NCBI GenBank assembly: GCA_036374995.1
Contig: DASUSS010000077.1
Location: 2,352-66,351, forward strand
Length of the DNA: 64,000 bases
From: Longimicrobiales bacterium
GTDB taxonomy: Bacteria > Gemmatimonadota > Gemmatimonadetes > Longimicrobiales > RSA9
Direction: 5' to 3'
Within the stretch, counting starts at the first letter, position 1, and each line of letters starts with the position of its first letter. Below are positions 8,682 through 17,693 of the stretch, piece by piece. A program made the translations under genes and the position numbers. The notes below the pieces were generated by a model. The model saw only the letters and a program-made list of their open reading frames with translations, was not told where the DNA came from and searched no databases.

Positions 8682-10504
8682 GCGCCACGGGCGCGCGCCG
8701 ACGGCGGCTGTGGCAGGCCGTGCTCATCGCGGCAGCGGTCTGCGCGCTGTGCCCGGCGACGCTGCGGGCGCAGGACCCGCGTCCGCCCGCCCGCGATACG
8801 CTCGCGGCGGATACGCTGCCGCAGGTCGAGGAGCCCGATACGGTCGTACCGCCCGCCGTCGTCTTCCCGGCCATGGCGCTCGGCCCGGCCGTCTCGGCCG
8901 CAGGCACCGAGTGGGTCTGGGATCGCGAACGACTCCTGCGCGAGGCGCCGATCAGCCTGATCGATCTGCTCGAGCGAATCCCCGCCATCACTACGTTCCG
9001 CGCCGGCACGTTCGTGCAACCGGAAGTCGCCTCGGCGTTCGGCGGAACGGCCGGGCGTACCGAGGTGGTGCTCGACGGCTACGTGCTCGACCCGCTCGCG
9101 ACGGCCACGCTCGACCTCTCGCAGATCCCGCTCGGGCAGCTCCGCGAAGTGCGCGTGCAGCGCCGCCTCGGGCTGCTCCGCATCCTGCTCTCCACGGATG
9201 CACCCGTCGAGGGCAGACCGTATACGCGCGTCGAGGCCGGCCTCGGCATCCCCGAAGCGAACCTGTTCCGTGGCCAGTTCCTGGTGCCGGACGTGATCGT
9301 GGGGCCGCTCGCGCTCGGCATCGAGCGCATCGATGCCGACGGCACCGGCCGTTCCGAGCCGGCCGGCCTCTTCAGCGGCTGGGCGAAGTGGGCATGGACG
9401 GACGGCGAGCGGGGTCTTCAGCTGGAGTGGCTGCGCAACTCGCTCCGCCGCGAGCCCAGCTCGCCCTGGCTCGTCGACCGGGTGCGGCAGCATTTCATTC
9501 TGCGTGCGCGCAACCGGTTCGCTCCGGGATGGGTGGCGGAGGCGTACGTCGGCCGGAGCACGCTCGACGAGACCATACCGCCGCCGGATGACACCACGGC
9601 CGAGCGGCGGATCGAGCGGGAGTCGGTGCAGGCGGGCCTCCGCGCGGGACTCGAGCTGCCCGCCACGGCCATCACCGCGTCGCTGCGGTACCGCAACGAG
9701 GGCCGGCTGCCCGCCCTCGAGGGCGTCCTGGATGGCGACGTGCGGCTCGGTCCGCTCCGCATCGGCGCCGAGCTCGGCGCCGCGCGCTGGAACGACCTCG
9801 ATCCGATCTCGTGGCTCAGCCTCCGCGGCGAAATCGGGCGTCTGCTCGGCCTGGCGGCGTTCGGCGAGCTCACCAGCGGATCCCGCGGTGCGCCCCTGTT
9901 CGCCGACGCCGCCGGCGACGGCGTGGTATTCACGGATCGGACCGGCTGGCGCGGCGGCCTCTCGCTCGATCTCGGCCGCGCCTCCGGCAGCATCGCGTAC
10001 GTACGCCTGGAGCAGGAGGCCGCCATCCCCTTCGGGCTGCCGTTCGACACCATGGGTCTGCCGAGCCCGACGTCGCCCGCCACCGGCATCGAGGCGCACG
10101 GGCGGATCGTCATCTGGCCCGATTACCTCTCGCTCTCGAGCTGGATCACCGACTGGCGCGAGGCCGACGGCTGGACCTGGCTGCCCTCACGCTCCTGGCG
10201 CACCGCACTCGAGCTGCACGCACTGCCGCTGCCCAGCGGCAACCTCGAGATCCTCGGACGCGCCGAGGCTCACATGCGCGGATCGACCCTCGCCTTCGAT
10301 CCCGCGCCGGCTGCGGGCAGCACCGGTCTGCTCACGCTCCCGTCGTTCACGACCGCCGACGCGTACCTCCAGATCCGCATCATCGACGTCCGCATGTTCA
10401 TCCGCTGGGAGGACATTCTCGGACCCGACATCGAGGAGCTGCCCGGTCGCGTGTACCGTGGACCGCGCCTGTTCTACGGGGTCAAATGGCAACTCTTCAA
10501 CTGA
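8678..10504 (+). CDS. outer-membrane beta-barrel protein with TonB-dependent-receptor plug-like N-terminal domain
   Basis: Signal peptide (...AAVCALCPATLRAQ). Plug-like segment ISLIDLLERIPAITTFRAG...VVLDGYVLDP...LREVRVQR. Alternating beta-strand pattern and a C-terminal ...YGVKWQLFN. ATGA overlap with the pepA stop. Confidence 0.65.
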   Translation: MSATGARRRRLWQAVLIAAAVCALCPATLRAQDPRPPARDTLAADTLPQVEEPDTVVPPAVVFPAMALGPAVSAAGTEWVWDRERLLREAPISLIDLLERIPAITTFRAGTFVQPEVASAFGGTAGRTEVVLDGYVLDPLATATLDLSQIPLGQLREVRVQRRLGLLRILLSTDAPVEGRPYTRVEAGLGIPEANLFRGQFLVPDVIVGPLALGIERIDADGTGRSEPAGLFSGWAKWAWTDGERGLQLEWLRNSLRREPSSPWLVDRVRQHFILRARNRFAPGWVAEAYVGRSTLDETIPPPDDTTAERRIERESVQAGLRAGLELPATAITASLRYRNEGRLPALEGVLDGDVRLGPLRIGAELGAARWNDLDPISWLSLRGEIGRLLGLAAFGELTSGSRGAPLFADAAGDGVVFTDRTGWRGGLSLDLGRASGSIAYVRLEQEAAIPFGLPFDTMGLPSPTSPATGIEAHGRIVIWPDYLSLSSWITDWREADGWTWLPSRSWRTALELHALPLPSGNLEILGRAEAHMRGSTLAFDPAPAAGSTGLLTLPSFTTADAYLQIRIIDVRMFIRWEDILGPDIEELPGRVYRGPRLFYGVKWQLFN

Positions 10505-10525
10505 TGGCGTCGGGGCCACCGCGCG

Positions 10526-10554
10526 TTGACCGCGGTTGCGCGTTCGTCTACCTT
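10526..10554 (+). promoter_or_regulatory. candidate promoter: TTGACC, 17-bp spacer, TACCTT
   Basis: Hexamers at 10526-10531 and 10549-10554, 21 nt upstream of the yicC ATG. Confidence 0.35.
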
Positions 10555-10574
10555 TATCCGGCTGCGGAGCGCCC

Positions 10575-11471
10575 ATGATCCGGAGCATGACGGGGTTCGG
10601 TGAGGCCGAACGGGACACGGCCGCGGGACGTCTGCGCGCCGAGGCCCGCACGGTCAATCACCGATACTTCAGCCTGAATCTGCGACTCGGGCGCGGCGTC
10701 GATCGCTTCGAGCCGCAGATCCGCGACTGGCTGCGCGCACTGCTGCCGCGCGGCCATGTCAATTTTTCGCTCCGCCTCGACTCGCCGGACGCCGACGAGG
10801 TCGCGGACGGCGTCGCGCTGCGGGTGAACGAGCTCCGCGCACGGCAGTATCTGCGCCTCCTGCGATCGTTGAAGGAGGAGCTCGGCGTGCCGGGCGAGAT
10901 CGACCTCGCGCTGCTCAGCCGCTTCACCGAGCTGGTCGTCGACGAGTCGGAAGCGGACGTGCCGGTACCGTCGTCGGCGGACGTGCAGGCGGTGACGGAG
11001 GCGGCGGCCCGCGCCGTCATTGCGATGCGCGAGGACGAGGGGCTGCGGCTCCGTGCGGACCTGGAGGAGCGCCTCGGCTCGATCGAGTCCACCATGGCGC
11101 GCATTGCCGAGCTCGCACCGGCGCGTCTGGTTGCGGAGCGCGATCGGATGCGGCGCGTGATCGCCGAGCTGCTCGAGGGTGTGCCGCTCGACGAGGACCG
11201 GATCGCGCGCGAGATCGCCTACATCGCGGAGCGCTGGGACATCAGCGAAGAGCTGGTCCGACTCCGCTCACACATCGAGCTGTTCCGGGAAACGCTCGCC
11301 GATGAGAGCGTCGAGCCCGTCGGGAAGCGGCTCAGCTTCCTGACGCAGGAGATGAATCGCGAGACGAACACGATCGGCTCCAAGGCGAACGACGCCGCCG
11401 TCGAGCATCAGGTGATCGCGATCAAGGACGAGATCGAACGTCTGCGCGAGCAGATCGAGAACGTCGAGTGA
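10575..11471 (+). CDS. yicC: YicC family stress-induced protein
   Basis: MIRSMTGFG... N-terminus and C-terminal EMNRETNTIGSKAN motif. Conserved yicC-gmk-rpoZ neighbourhood. Confidence 0.9.
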   Translation: MIRSMTGFGEAERDTAAGRLRAEARTVNHRYFSLNLRLGRGVDRFEPQIRDWLRALLPRGHVNFSLRLDSPDADEVADGVALRVNELRARQYLRLLRSLKEELGVPGEIDLALLSRFTELVVDESEADVPVPSSADVQAVTEAAARAVIAMREDEGLRLRADLEERLGSIESTMARIAELAPARLVAERDRMRRVIAELLEGVPLDEDRIAREIAYIAERWDISEELVRLRSHIELFRETLADESVEPVGKRLSFLTQEMNRETNTIGSKANDAAVEHQVIAIKDEIERLREQIENVE

Positions 11472-12118
11472 TGTTGCGGTACCGGCCGTTCCCGCTGGTC
11501 ATCGCGGCACCGAGCGGTGCGGGCAAGACGTCGCTCGCGCGCGCACTGGTCGAGACGCGGCCGGACATGGTGTTCTCGCTCTCGGCCACGACACGCGCGC
11601 CGCGACCGGGCGAGCGGGACGGTGTCGATTATCGCTTCGTCTCGGACGCCGAGTTCGAGCGGCTCACGCGCGGCGACGAACTGCTGGAATGGGCGCTCGT
11701 GCACGGCCGGCGCTACGGCACGCTGCGCACCGGAGTCGAGAGCGCGCTGGCACAGGGCAGCACGGTCGTGCTCGACATCGACGTGCAGGGGGCACGTCTC
11801 GTGCGGCGGACGTTGCCCGACGCGGTGTTGATCTTCGTGCTCCCGCCGAGTGTCGCGGAGATGAAGCGGCGCCTGCAGGCGCGGGGTAGCGAGAGCGCCG
11901 CGGAGCTGGCCATGCGGATGCGCACGGCGCGGGCAGAGCTGGACGCGGTGGCGGAGTTCGATTATGTCATCGTGAACGACGATTTCGAGGAAGCGCTGCG
12001 CACGATCGAGTCGATCGTGGCCGCCGAACGCGAGAGTGTAGCGCGGCAGCCGCAGCTGGATGTGATGCTGGATCAGCTCCGATCCGACATTGACGAGATC
12101 CTGGAGGAGGGTAACTGA
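11471..12118 (+). CDS. gmk: guanylate kinase
   Basis: P-loop APSGAGKTSL and TTRAPRPGERDGVDYRFV. ATGA overlap with the yicC stop; the GTG at 11468 is an alternative start. Confidence 0.92.
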   Translation: MLRYRPFPLVIAAPSGAGKTSLARALVETRPDMVFSLSATTRAPRPGERDGVDYRFVSDAEFERLTRGDELLEWALVHGRRYGTLRTGVESALAQGSTVVLDIDVQGARLVRRTLPDAVLIFVLPPSVAEMKRRLQARGSESAAELAMRMRTARAELDAVAEFDYVIVNDDFEEALRTIESIVAAERESVARQPQLDVMLDQLRSDIDEILEEGN

Positions 12119-12333
12119 TGCGTGTCTTCACGCCGAGCGAACTGGCGAACAACTCGGGCAGTAAGTACCTCGGCGTTCTGGTGGCGGCGCGGTATGCGCG
12201 CGAGCTGAATGCGCTGCCGTCGGACGCGGTCCCGAGCGAGGTCGAGCAGAAGCTGACCACCCGTGCCCTCGAGACGCTGACGTCGGGCAGCGTCGAGTTC
12301 TCTCTGGTCAAGCGCCGCCGCCGGGGGACCTGA
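12118..12333 (+). CDS. rpoZ: DNA-directed RNA polymerase subunit omega
   Basis: 71 aa, NSGSKYLGVLVAARYAREL..., in the canonical position after gmk. Confidence 0.8.
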   Translation: MRVFTPSELANNSGSKYLGVLVAARYARELNALPSDAVPSEVEQKLTTRALETLTSGSVEFSLVKRRRRGT

Positions 12334-12337
12334 GCCC

Positions 12338-13606
12338 GTGCCCGGTGCCGCCGGCTCGTCAGGTCGGGCGAGCCGGCCCGCGGCCGACGGCGCCACGGGT
12401 CGCAGGCCGTGGCTCGGCCGCCGCGTGGTGCTCGGCATCACCGGCGGCATCGCCGCGTACAAGTTCGTTCAGCTGGCGCGCGACCTCGCGCGCCTCGGCG
12501 CACTCGTCGATGTCGTGATGACACGGTCCGCGCGCGAGTTCGTCGGTCCCATCTCGTTCGAGGCCGTCACCGGCCGCCCGGTCCTCACCGACATTCTCGC
12601 CGAAGGTCACGCGCTCGATCACATCCGGCTCGCACGCGAAGCCGATGTCGTCTGCGTCGCCCCAGCGACCGCCGATTTCATCGCGCGCGCGGCCGCCGGC
12701 CGTGCAGACGACCTGCTGACGGCCATCCTCCTCGCGACGCGGGCGCCCGTGCTCATCTGTCCGGCCATGAACGATGACATGTGGGCGCACGCCCAGACGC
12801 AGGCGAACGTCACACGCCTGCGCGATCTTGGCTATGCGACCATCGGCCCGGCCACGGGCCCGCTCGCTTACGGCGAGGGGAGCGGGCCCGGCAGGGCGGA
12901 GGAGCCGGACACGGTGCTCGAGCACATCGGCCGCGCGCTCGGCCGCGATCCGCGCTGGAACGGACTGCACGTCGTCGTTACTGCCGGACCGACGCGCGAG
13001 GCGGTCGACGCCGTGCGCGTGCTGTCGAACCGGTCGTCGGGAAAGATGGGCTTTGCGATTGCCGCGGCGGCATGGCGGCGCGGCGCAGTCGTCCATCTGA
13101 TTGCGGGACCGACCCAGGTGATGGCGCCGCCCGGCCCGGACCTGACGCGCGTCGAAACCGCAGCGGACATGGCCGCCGCCGTGGCCGATGCGCTGGCCGA
13201 GGCGGACGTCCTCTTCATGGCCGCGGCGGTTGCCGACTTCCGGCCCGCGAAGCCGTCGTCGGCGAAGCTGAAGAAGAACGAAGCGCCCCGCACGCTCGAG
13301 CTCGAGCATGCGCCCGACGTTCTCCGCACGACCCGCGAGCGCCGCCGCCCGGGCGCCGTGGCGGTCGGCTTCGCACTGGAGACGGGCGATGGCCGCGATC
13401 GGGCGCGCGCGAAGCTGCGCGAGAAAGGACTCGACCTGATCGTACTCAACTCCGCCGACGAGCCGGGCGCCGGGTTTGATGTCGACACCAACCGGGTTAC
13501 ACTCATCGATGCACAGAATGAGGAGCGCCTTCCGCTGATGTCGAAGGATGATGTCGCCGAAGCACTCCTCGATCACGTGGGTGGTATGCTGGAAACGCGT
13601 TCGTGA
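12338..13606 (+). CDS. coaBC: bifunctional phosphopantothenoylcysteine decarboxylase / phosphopantothenate-cysteine ligase
   Basis: LGITGGIAAYK flavoprotein N-domain, PAMNDDMW, and C-terminal ligase domain (SNRSSGKMG, KLKK). GTG start. Confidence 0.92.
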   Translation: MPGAAGSSGRASRPAADGATGRRPWLGRRVVLGITGGIAAYKFVQLARDLARLGALVDVVMTRSAREFVGPISFEAVTGRPVLTDILAEGHALDHIRLAREADVVCVAPATADFIARAAAGRADDLLTAILLATRAPVLICPAMNDDMWAHAQTQANVTRLRDLGYATIGPATGPLAYGEGSGPGRAEEPDTVLEHIGRALGRDPRWNGLHVVVTAGPTREAVDAVRVLSNRSSGKMGFAIAAAAWRRGAVVHLIAGPTQVMAPPGPDLTRVETAADMAAAVADALAEADVLFMAAAVADFRPAKPSSAKLKKNEAPRTLELEHAPDVLRTTRERRRPGAVAVGFALETGDGRDRARAKLREKGLDLIVLNSADEPGAGFDVDTNRVTLIDAQNEERLPLMSKDDVAEALLDHVGGMLETRS

Positions 13607-14385
13607 GCATCGACAGGAACCTGCTCCGGCAGTACCTGCGACAGCTCTCCGATCTCGGTGTCGACGAGCTGTGCTTCGACGGCCTGAGCGCACGGGACGC
13701 GCTCGACCTGCTCGCGCACCGCCGCGCACCGACACAGCCCGCTTCGCCGACAACCGCGCGTGCCGCCGCGCACGTCGCGTCCGCGCCGCCGGTCGCGGAC
13801 CGTTCGCCCATGAACGGCACGGATGCGGCCGCGCGTCTGCGCGTGCTCGCCGATCGGGCCGCCGGTTGCACACTGTGCCGGCTGCATGCGGGACGGAGTA
13901 CCGTCGTGTTCGGTGAGGGCAGCGCGTCGGCGGACCTCGTGGTGGTCGGCGAGGCGCCGGGCCAGGAAGAAGACCGCACGGGAAGGCCGTTCGTCGGCCG
14001 GGCGGGGAAGCTGCTCGACCTGTTGCTCATGACTGCGGGTTTTCCGCGCGCGATGGTTTATATTTGCAACGTGCTGAAATGCCGGCCCCCCGACAATCGC
14101 AACCCGCTGCCGGACGAAGTGTCGCCGTGTACGACGACGTTCCTGCACGGTCAGCTGGAGGCGATCGCGCCACGCGTGCTGCTGGCGGTCGGCAGGTTCG
14201 CAGCGCAGGCACTGCTCGGGTCGGAGGAAAGCATCGGCCGCCTGCGCGGCCGCGTGCACACGTACCGCGGCACGCCGCTCATCGTCACGTATCATCCCGC
14301 GTATCTGCTGCGCAGCCCGCAGAACACGCGTGCAGCCTGGCAGGACTTACAGCTGGTGCGCAGAGTGCTCGATGAACAAGCTTGA
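13603..14385 (+). CDS. uracil-DNA glycosylase, family 4
   Basis: CTLC...VVFGEGSASADLVVVGEAPGQEEDRTGRPFVGRAGKLL...CRPP...HPAYLLR motifs. GTGA overlap with the coaBC stop. Confidence 0.88.
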   Translation: MSIDRNLLRQYLRQLSDLGVDELCFDGLSARDALDLLAHRRAPTQPASPTTARAAAHVASAPPVADRSPMNGTDAAARLRVLADRAAGCTLCRLHAGRSTVVFGEGSASADLVVVGEAPGQEEDRTGRPFVGRAGKLLDLLLMTAGFPRAMVYICNVLKCRPPDNRNPLPDEVSPCTTTFLHGQLEAIAPRVLLAVGRFAAQALLGSEESIGRLRGRVHTYRGTPLIVTYHPAYLLRSPQNTRAAWQDLQLVRRVLDEQA

Positions 14386-15778
14386 GTTCGACACGGCCGC
14401 GTTCGCGCGCGGCGCCTCCACGTTCGCGGCGTCGGATCGTCAGCCGCCGTACGCGCCGGAGGCGGAGATCAGCGTGCTCGGCGGCATGCTCATCGACGGA
14501 GACGCCGTGGCGAAGGCGCTCGAGATCGTCGATGACACGATGTTCTACCGCGAGGCGAACCGCCGCGTGTTCCGCGCGATGGCGCGCCTGTTCCAGCGCG
14601 GTCAGGTCATCGACCCCGTCACGCTGTCCGAGGACCTGAGCAAGACGGAAGAGCTCGAGAGCGTCGGCGGCATGTCCTACATTGCCGAGCTGCTCGATGC
14701 CGTGCCGACCGCCGCGAACATCGAGTACCACGCGCGCATCGTGCGCGAGCGTGCGCTGCTGCGCAGGCTCATCGAAGCTTCCTCCCACATCATCCGCGAG
14801 TCGTACGAGATCGGCGAGCGCACGGTCGAGGAGGTTCTCGACCAGGCGGAGCAGCGTATCTTCCAGGTCGCGCAGTCGCACGAGCGCGAGGGGTTCGTCT
14901 GGATCAAGAAGATCCTGTATCCGACGTTCGAGAAGATCGAGCAGCTCCAGGCGGCGAAGGGCGGCATCACGGGCGTCCCGACCGGCTTCTACGACCTGGA
15001 CGAGATGACCGGTGGTCTCCAGCGCGGCGACCTCGTCATCGTCGCCGCCCGCCCGTCGATGGGAAAGACCGCGTTCGTCACCGGTGTCGGGCTCCACGCC
15101 GCCATCTCGCACCAGCTGCCCGTCGCGATGTTCTCGCTCGAGATGTCGAAGCAGCAGGTCGTGCAGCGCATGCTGTGCTCGGAGGCGCTCGTCGATCTCG
15201 GCCGCCTGCTGCGCGGCCGGCTCCAGGACGATGACTTCGGCCGCCTCGCCCAGGCAGCCGGCCACCTCAACACAGCGCCGCTCTGGATCGACGACTCCGG
15301 ATCCGTGAGCGTGCTCGAGATGCGCGCGAAGGCGCGCCGTCTGAAGGCCGACCAGCCGGACCTCGGGCTGATCGTCATCGACTACATCCAGCTCATGAGC
15401 GGCGGCGGCGATGCCGAGAACCGGCAGCAGGAAGTGAGCGCGATCAGCCGCGGGCTGAAGGCGCTCGCGAAGGAGCTGGAGACTCCGATCATCGCGCTCT
15501 CCCAGCTGTCGCGCGCACCGGAGCAGCGCAGCGATCACCGCCCCCAGCTCTCCGACCTCAGAGAGTCCGGTTCGATCGAGCAGGATGCCGATCTGGTCAT
15601 GTTCCTGTACCGTCCCGAGTACTACCATACGCCGCAGGACGCGCAGGAAAAGGGCATCCAGGGCAAGGCCGAGCTGATCATCAGCAAGCAGCGCAACGGC
15701 CCGACCGGCGTCGTCGAGCTGTATTTCCGCAAGGAATGCGCGCGGTTCGAGTCGTTCTCGCACGCGGAGAGGCGCTGA
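14372..15778 (+). CDS. dnaB: replicative DNA helicase
   Basis: PPYAPEAEISVLGGML N-domain, Walker A ARPSMGKTAF, IVIDYIQLM, SQLSR, ESGSIEQDAD. Normal length, no intein. Start at the in-frame ATG at 14372. Confidence 0.93.
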   Translation: MNKLEFDTAAFARGASTFAASDRQPPYAPEAEISVLGGMLIDGDAVAKALEIVDDTMFYREANRRVFRAMARLFQRGQVIDPVTLSEDLSKTEELESVGGMSYIAELLDAVPTAANIEYHARIVRERALLRRLIEASSHIIRESYEIGERTVEEVLDQAEQRIFQVAQSHEREGFVWIKKILYPTFEKIEQLQAAKGGITGVPTGFYDLDEMTGGLQRGDLVIVAARPSMGKTAFVTGVGLHAAISHQLPVAMFSLEMSKQQVVQRMLCSEALVDLGRLLRGRLQDDDFGRLAQAAGHLNTAPLWIDDSGSVSVLEMRAKARRLKADQPDLGLIVIDYIQLMSGGGDAENRQQEVSAISRGLKALAKELETPIIALSQLSRAPEQRSDHRPQLSDLRESGSIEQDADLVMFLYRPEYYHTPQDAQEKGIQGKAELIISKQRNGPTGVVELYFRKECARFESFSHAERR

Positions 15779-15799
15779 GGGGGACAGAGAGGCGCGGCG

Positions 15800-15831
15800 C
15801 TGACGTCACAGAGGCACGGCGGCACAGAGGG
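15800..15831. repeat. left terminal inverted repeat of the GxxExxY cassette: CTGACGTCA then octamers CACAGAGG-CACGGCGG-CACAGAGG
   Basis: The reverse complement of 16250-16281 aligns with this segment at 26 of 32 positions (hand alignment). Three tandem 8-mers at 15807-15830. Confidence 0.6.
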
Positions 15832-15859
15832 CGCTGTGCCTCCTGGCGCGAGACCAGGC

Positions 15860-16240
15860 TCAGTACCCGTTCATCATTCGTTTGATGCCTTCCTTCATCA
15901 GTGGTGCGCCGAAGTTGAGGATCATGCCGACCCGACAGTTCAGCAGGCGGAGGTACGTGAGGAGCTGCTGTTCGTGCAGCGTGATGATCTTCGAGGCGGA
16001 CTTCACTTCCACGATTACTGCGTGATTCACGATGAGGTCGCAGCGTGCGGCATCCTCGAAATGGAGATCCTCGAACGTGAACGAAATGGTTTTCTGCCGT
16101 TCGACGTGGAATCCGCGTCGGATCAGGTCGCGCGCGAGGATCGTCTCGTATATTGCCTCGAGCAGGCCCGGCCCGATCTGCGAATGAATGCGCACGGCCG
16201 AGTCGACGATTGCACCGGTTATCGCATTGAGGTCTTTCAT
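15860..16240 (-). CDS. GxxExxY family protein (PD-(D/E)XK nuclease-like fold)
   Basis: 126 aa from the in-frame ATG at 16240 (MKDLNAITG...). Contains the signature G-LL-E-AI-Y (GLLEAIY) plus ...DLIVNHAVIVEVKS... consistent with the TIGR04256/PDDEXK_3-type family as I recall it. Confidence 0.8.
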   Translation of the reverse strand: MKDLNAITGAIVDSAVRIHSQIGPGLLEAIYETILARDLIRRGFHVERQKTISFTFEDLHFEDAARCDLIVNHAVIVEVKSASKIITLHEQQLLTYLRLLNCRVGMILNFGAPLMKEGIKRMMNGY

Positions 16241-16249
16241 CGCGCTCCG

Positions 16250-16281
16250 TTCTCTGTGCCTCTGTGCCTCCGTGACGTAAG
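16250..16281. repeat. right terminal inverted repeat of the GxxExxY cassette: TTCTCTGTGCCTCTGTGCCTCCGTGACGTAAG
   Basis: Reverse complement CTTACGTCACGGAGGCACAGAGGCACAGAGAA matches the left repeat. A further partial copy (GTGCCTCC) lies at about 16288-16295. Confidence 0.6.
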
Positions 16282-16325
16282 AATGCCGTGCCTCCGCATG
16301 CCCTCCCATAGCCCGCTGCGCCGAC

Positions 16326-17693
16326 ATGCCTAAGGTCCGGACTCTCTTCTTCTGCACCGAATGCGGCAACGAGTCGCCGCGCTGGCAGGGGCAGTGTCCC
16401 GCGTGCGGAGCGTGGAATACGCTCGTCGAGGAACCGAAGCTGGCGGCGCGGCGTGAGCGTGGCGGGAGTGTGGTGCGCGTCGACGATGCAGCTCCCGTGC
16501 AGCTCGCGGATGTCGCGGGCTCCGTGACCGCGCGGTGGACGACGGGCATGCGCGAGCTCGACTTCGTGCTGGGCGGCGGGATCGTCCCGGGGTCGATCGT
16601 GCTGGTCGGGGGTGAGCCGGGGATCGGCAAGAGCACGCTGCTGCTGCAGGCGGCTGCGCGGCTGCAGTCGGGGGATCGGTCGACGCTGTACGTGTCGGGC
16701 GAGGAGTCTGCGGCGCAGGTGCGGATGCGGGCGGACCGTCTGACGGAATCGGCCGGTTCCGTGACGTTCCTGGGCGAGACGCGGCTGGGTGCGATCCTGG
16801 AGGCGGCGGCGCGACTCCGACCCGACGTATTGTTCGTCGACTCGATTCAGACCGTGTACAGCGATGAGCTGGAGGGCGCGGCCGGCAACGTGACGCAGGT
16901 GCGCGAAGGTGCGGCGCGGCTCCAGCGGCTCGCAAAGGAGACCGGTGCGGCGGTCTTTCTGATCGGACATGTGACGAAGGGCGGCGCGGTGGCCGGCCCG
17001 AAGACGCTCGAGCACATCGTCGATACGGTGCTGTACTTCGAGGAGACGGGCGCGCTGGATCACCGGGTGCTGCGCAGCACGAAGAATCGTTTCGGCGCAG
17101 CGGAGGAGATCGGCGTCTTCCGCATGACGGCGACCGGTCTGGAGCCGGTGGTCAATCCATCGGAGCTGTTCCTTCAGGATCGGACGAGCGGCGTGAGCGG
17201 GACCGCAGTGGCTGCGGTGATCGAGGGCACGCGGCCGCTGCTGGTGGAGCTCCAGGCGCTGTGCTCGCGCGCGAGCTACGGTGCGCCGCAGCGTGTCACT
17301 ACCGGGTTCGACCGGCAGCGGCTCGCGCTGCTGCTCGCGGTGCTCGAGAAACGTGCCGGCATCGACTTCGGCGCGCTCGACGTGTTCGTGAACGTGGTCG
17401 GCGGCGTGCGCATCATGGAGACGGCATCGGATGCGGCGCTGGTGGCAGCGCTGGCCTCGAGCGTGTACGACCGTGAGCTGGATGCCGGCTCGGTGTTCCT
17501 TGGCGAAGTGGGACTCGGGGGCGAGCTGCGGCCGATCGGTCAGCTGGAGCGGCGCGTTGCCGAGGCGTCGCGCATGGGCTTCCGCCGTGCATTCGTGCCC
17601 GCGCGCGCAGCGTCCACCGTGCCGCTGTCCCCGATCGAGCTGGTGGGCGTGAGCACGGTCGGCGATCTGATCGCGCGCCTCTTCGGTCCGTGA
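16326..17693 (+). CDS. radA: DNA repair protein RadA/Sms
   Basis: N-terminal zinc finger CTECGNESPRWQGQCPACGAWNT, Walker A GEPGIGKST, KNRFG motif, Lon-like C-domain. Confidence 0.93.
   Translation: MPKVRTLFFCTECGNESPRWQGQCPACGAWNTLVEEPKLAARRERGGSVVRVDDAAPVQLADVAGSVTARWTTGMRELDFVLGGGIVPGSIVLVGGEPGIGKSTLLLQAAARLQSGDRSTLYVSGEESAAQVRMRADRLTESAGSVTFLGETRLGAILEAAARLRPDVLFVDSIQTVYSDELEGAAGNVTQVREGAARLQRLAKETGAAVFLIGHVTKGGAVAGPKTLEHIVDTVLYFEETGALDHRVLRSTKNRFGAAEEIGVFRMTATGLEPVVNPSELFLQDRTSGVSGTAVAAVIEGTRPLLVELQALCSRASYGAPQRVTTGFDRQRLALLLAVLEKRAGIDFGALDVFVNVVGGVRIMETASDAALVAALASSVYDRELDAGSVFLGEVGLGGELRPIGQLERRVAEASRMGFRRAFVPARAASTVPLSPIELVGVSTVGDLIARLFGP

Larger units (their letters stand above)
15800..16281. 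mobile_element. candidate 482-bp insertion cassette: inverted repeats flanking a single GxxExxY gene
   Basis: Imperfect inverted repeats at both ends. The cargo gene is visibly more A/T-rich than its neighbours and is on the opposite strand to the flanking dnaB and radA. No transposase and no obvious target-site duplication. Confidence 0.4.

Noticed and set aside
14372-15778. Intein or other insertion in DnaB, checked because a mobile-looking cassette lies immediately downstream.
   Set aside because: DnaB has a normal length of about 468 aa with contiguous helicase motifs. No splicing-domain blocks are visible.
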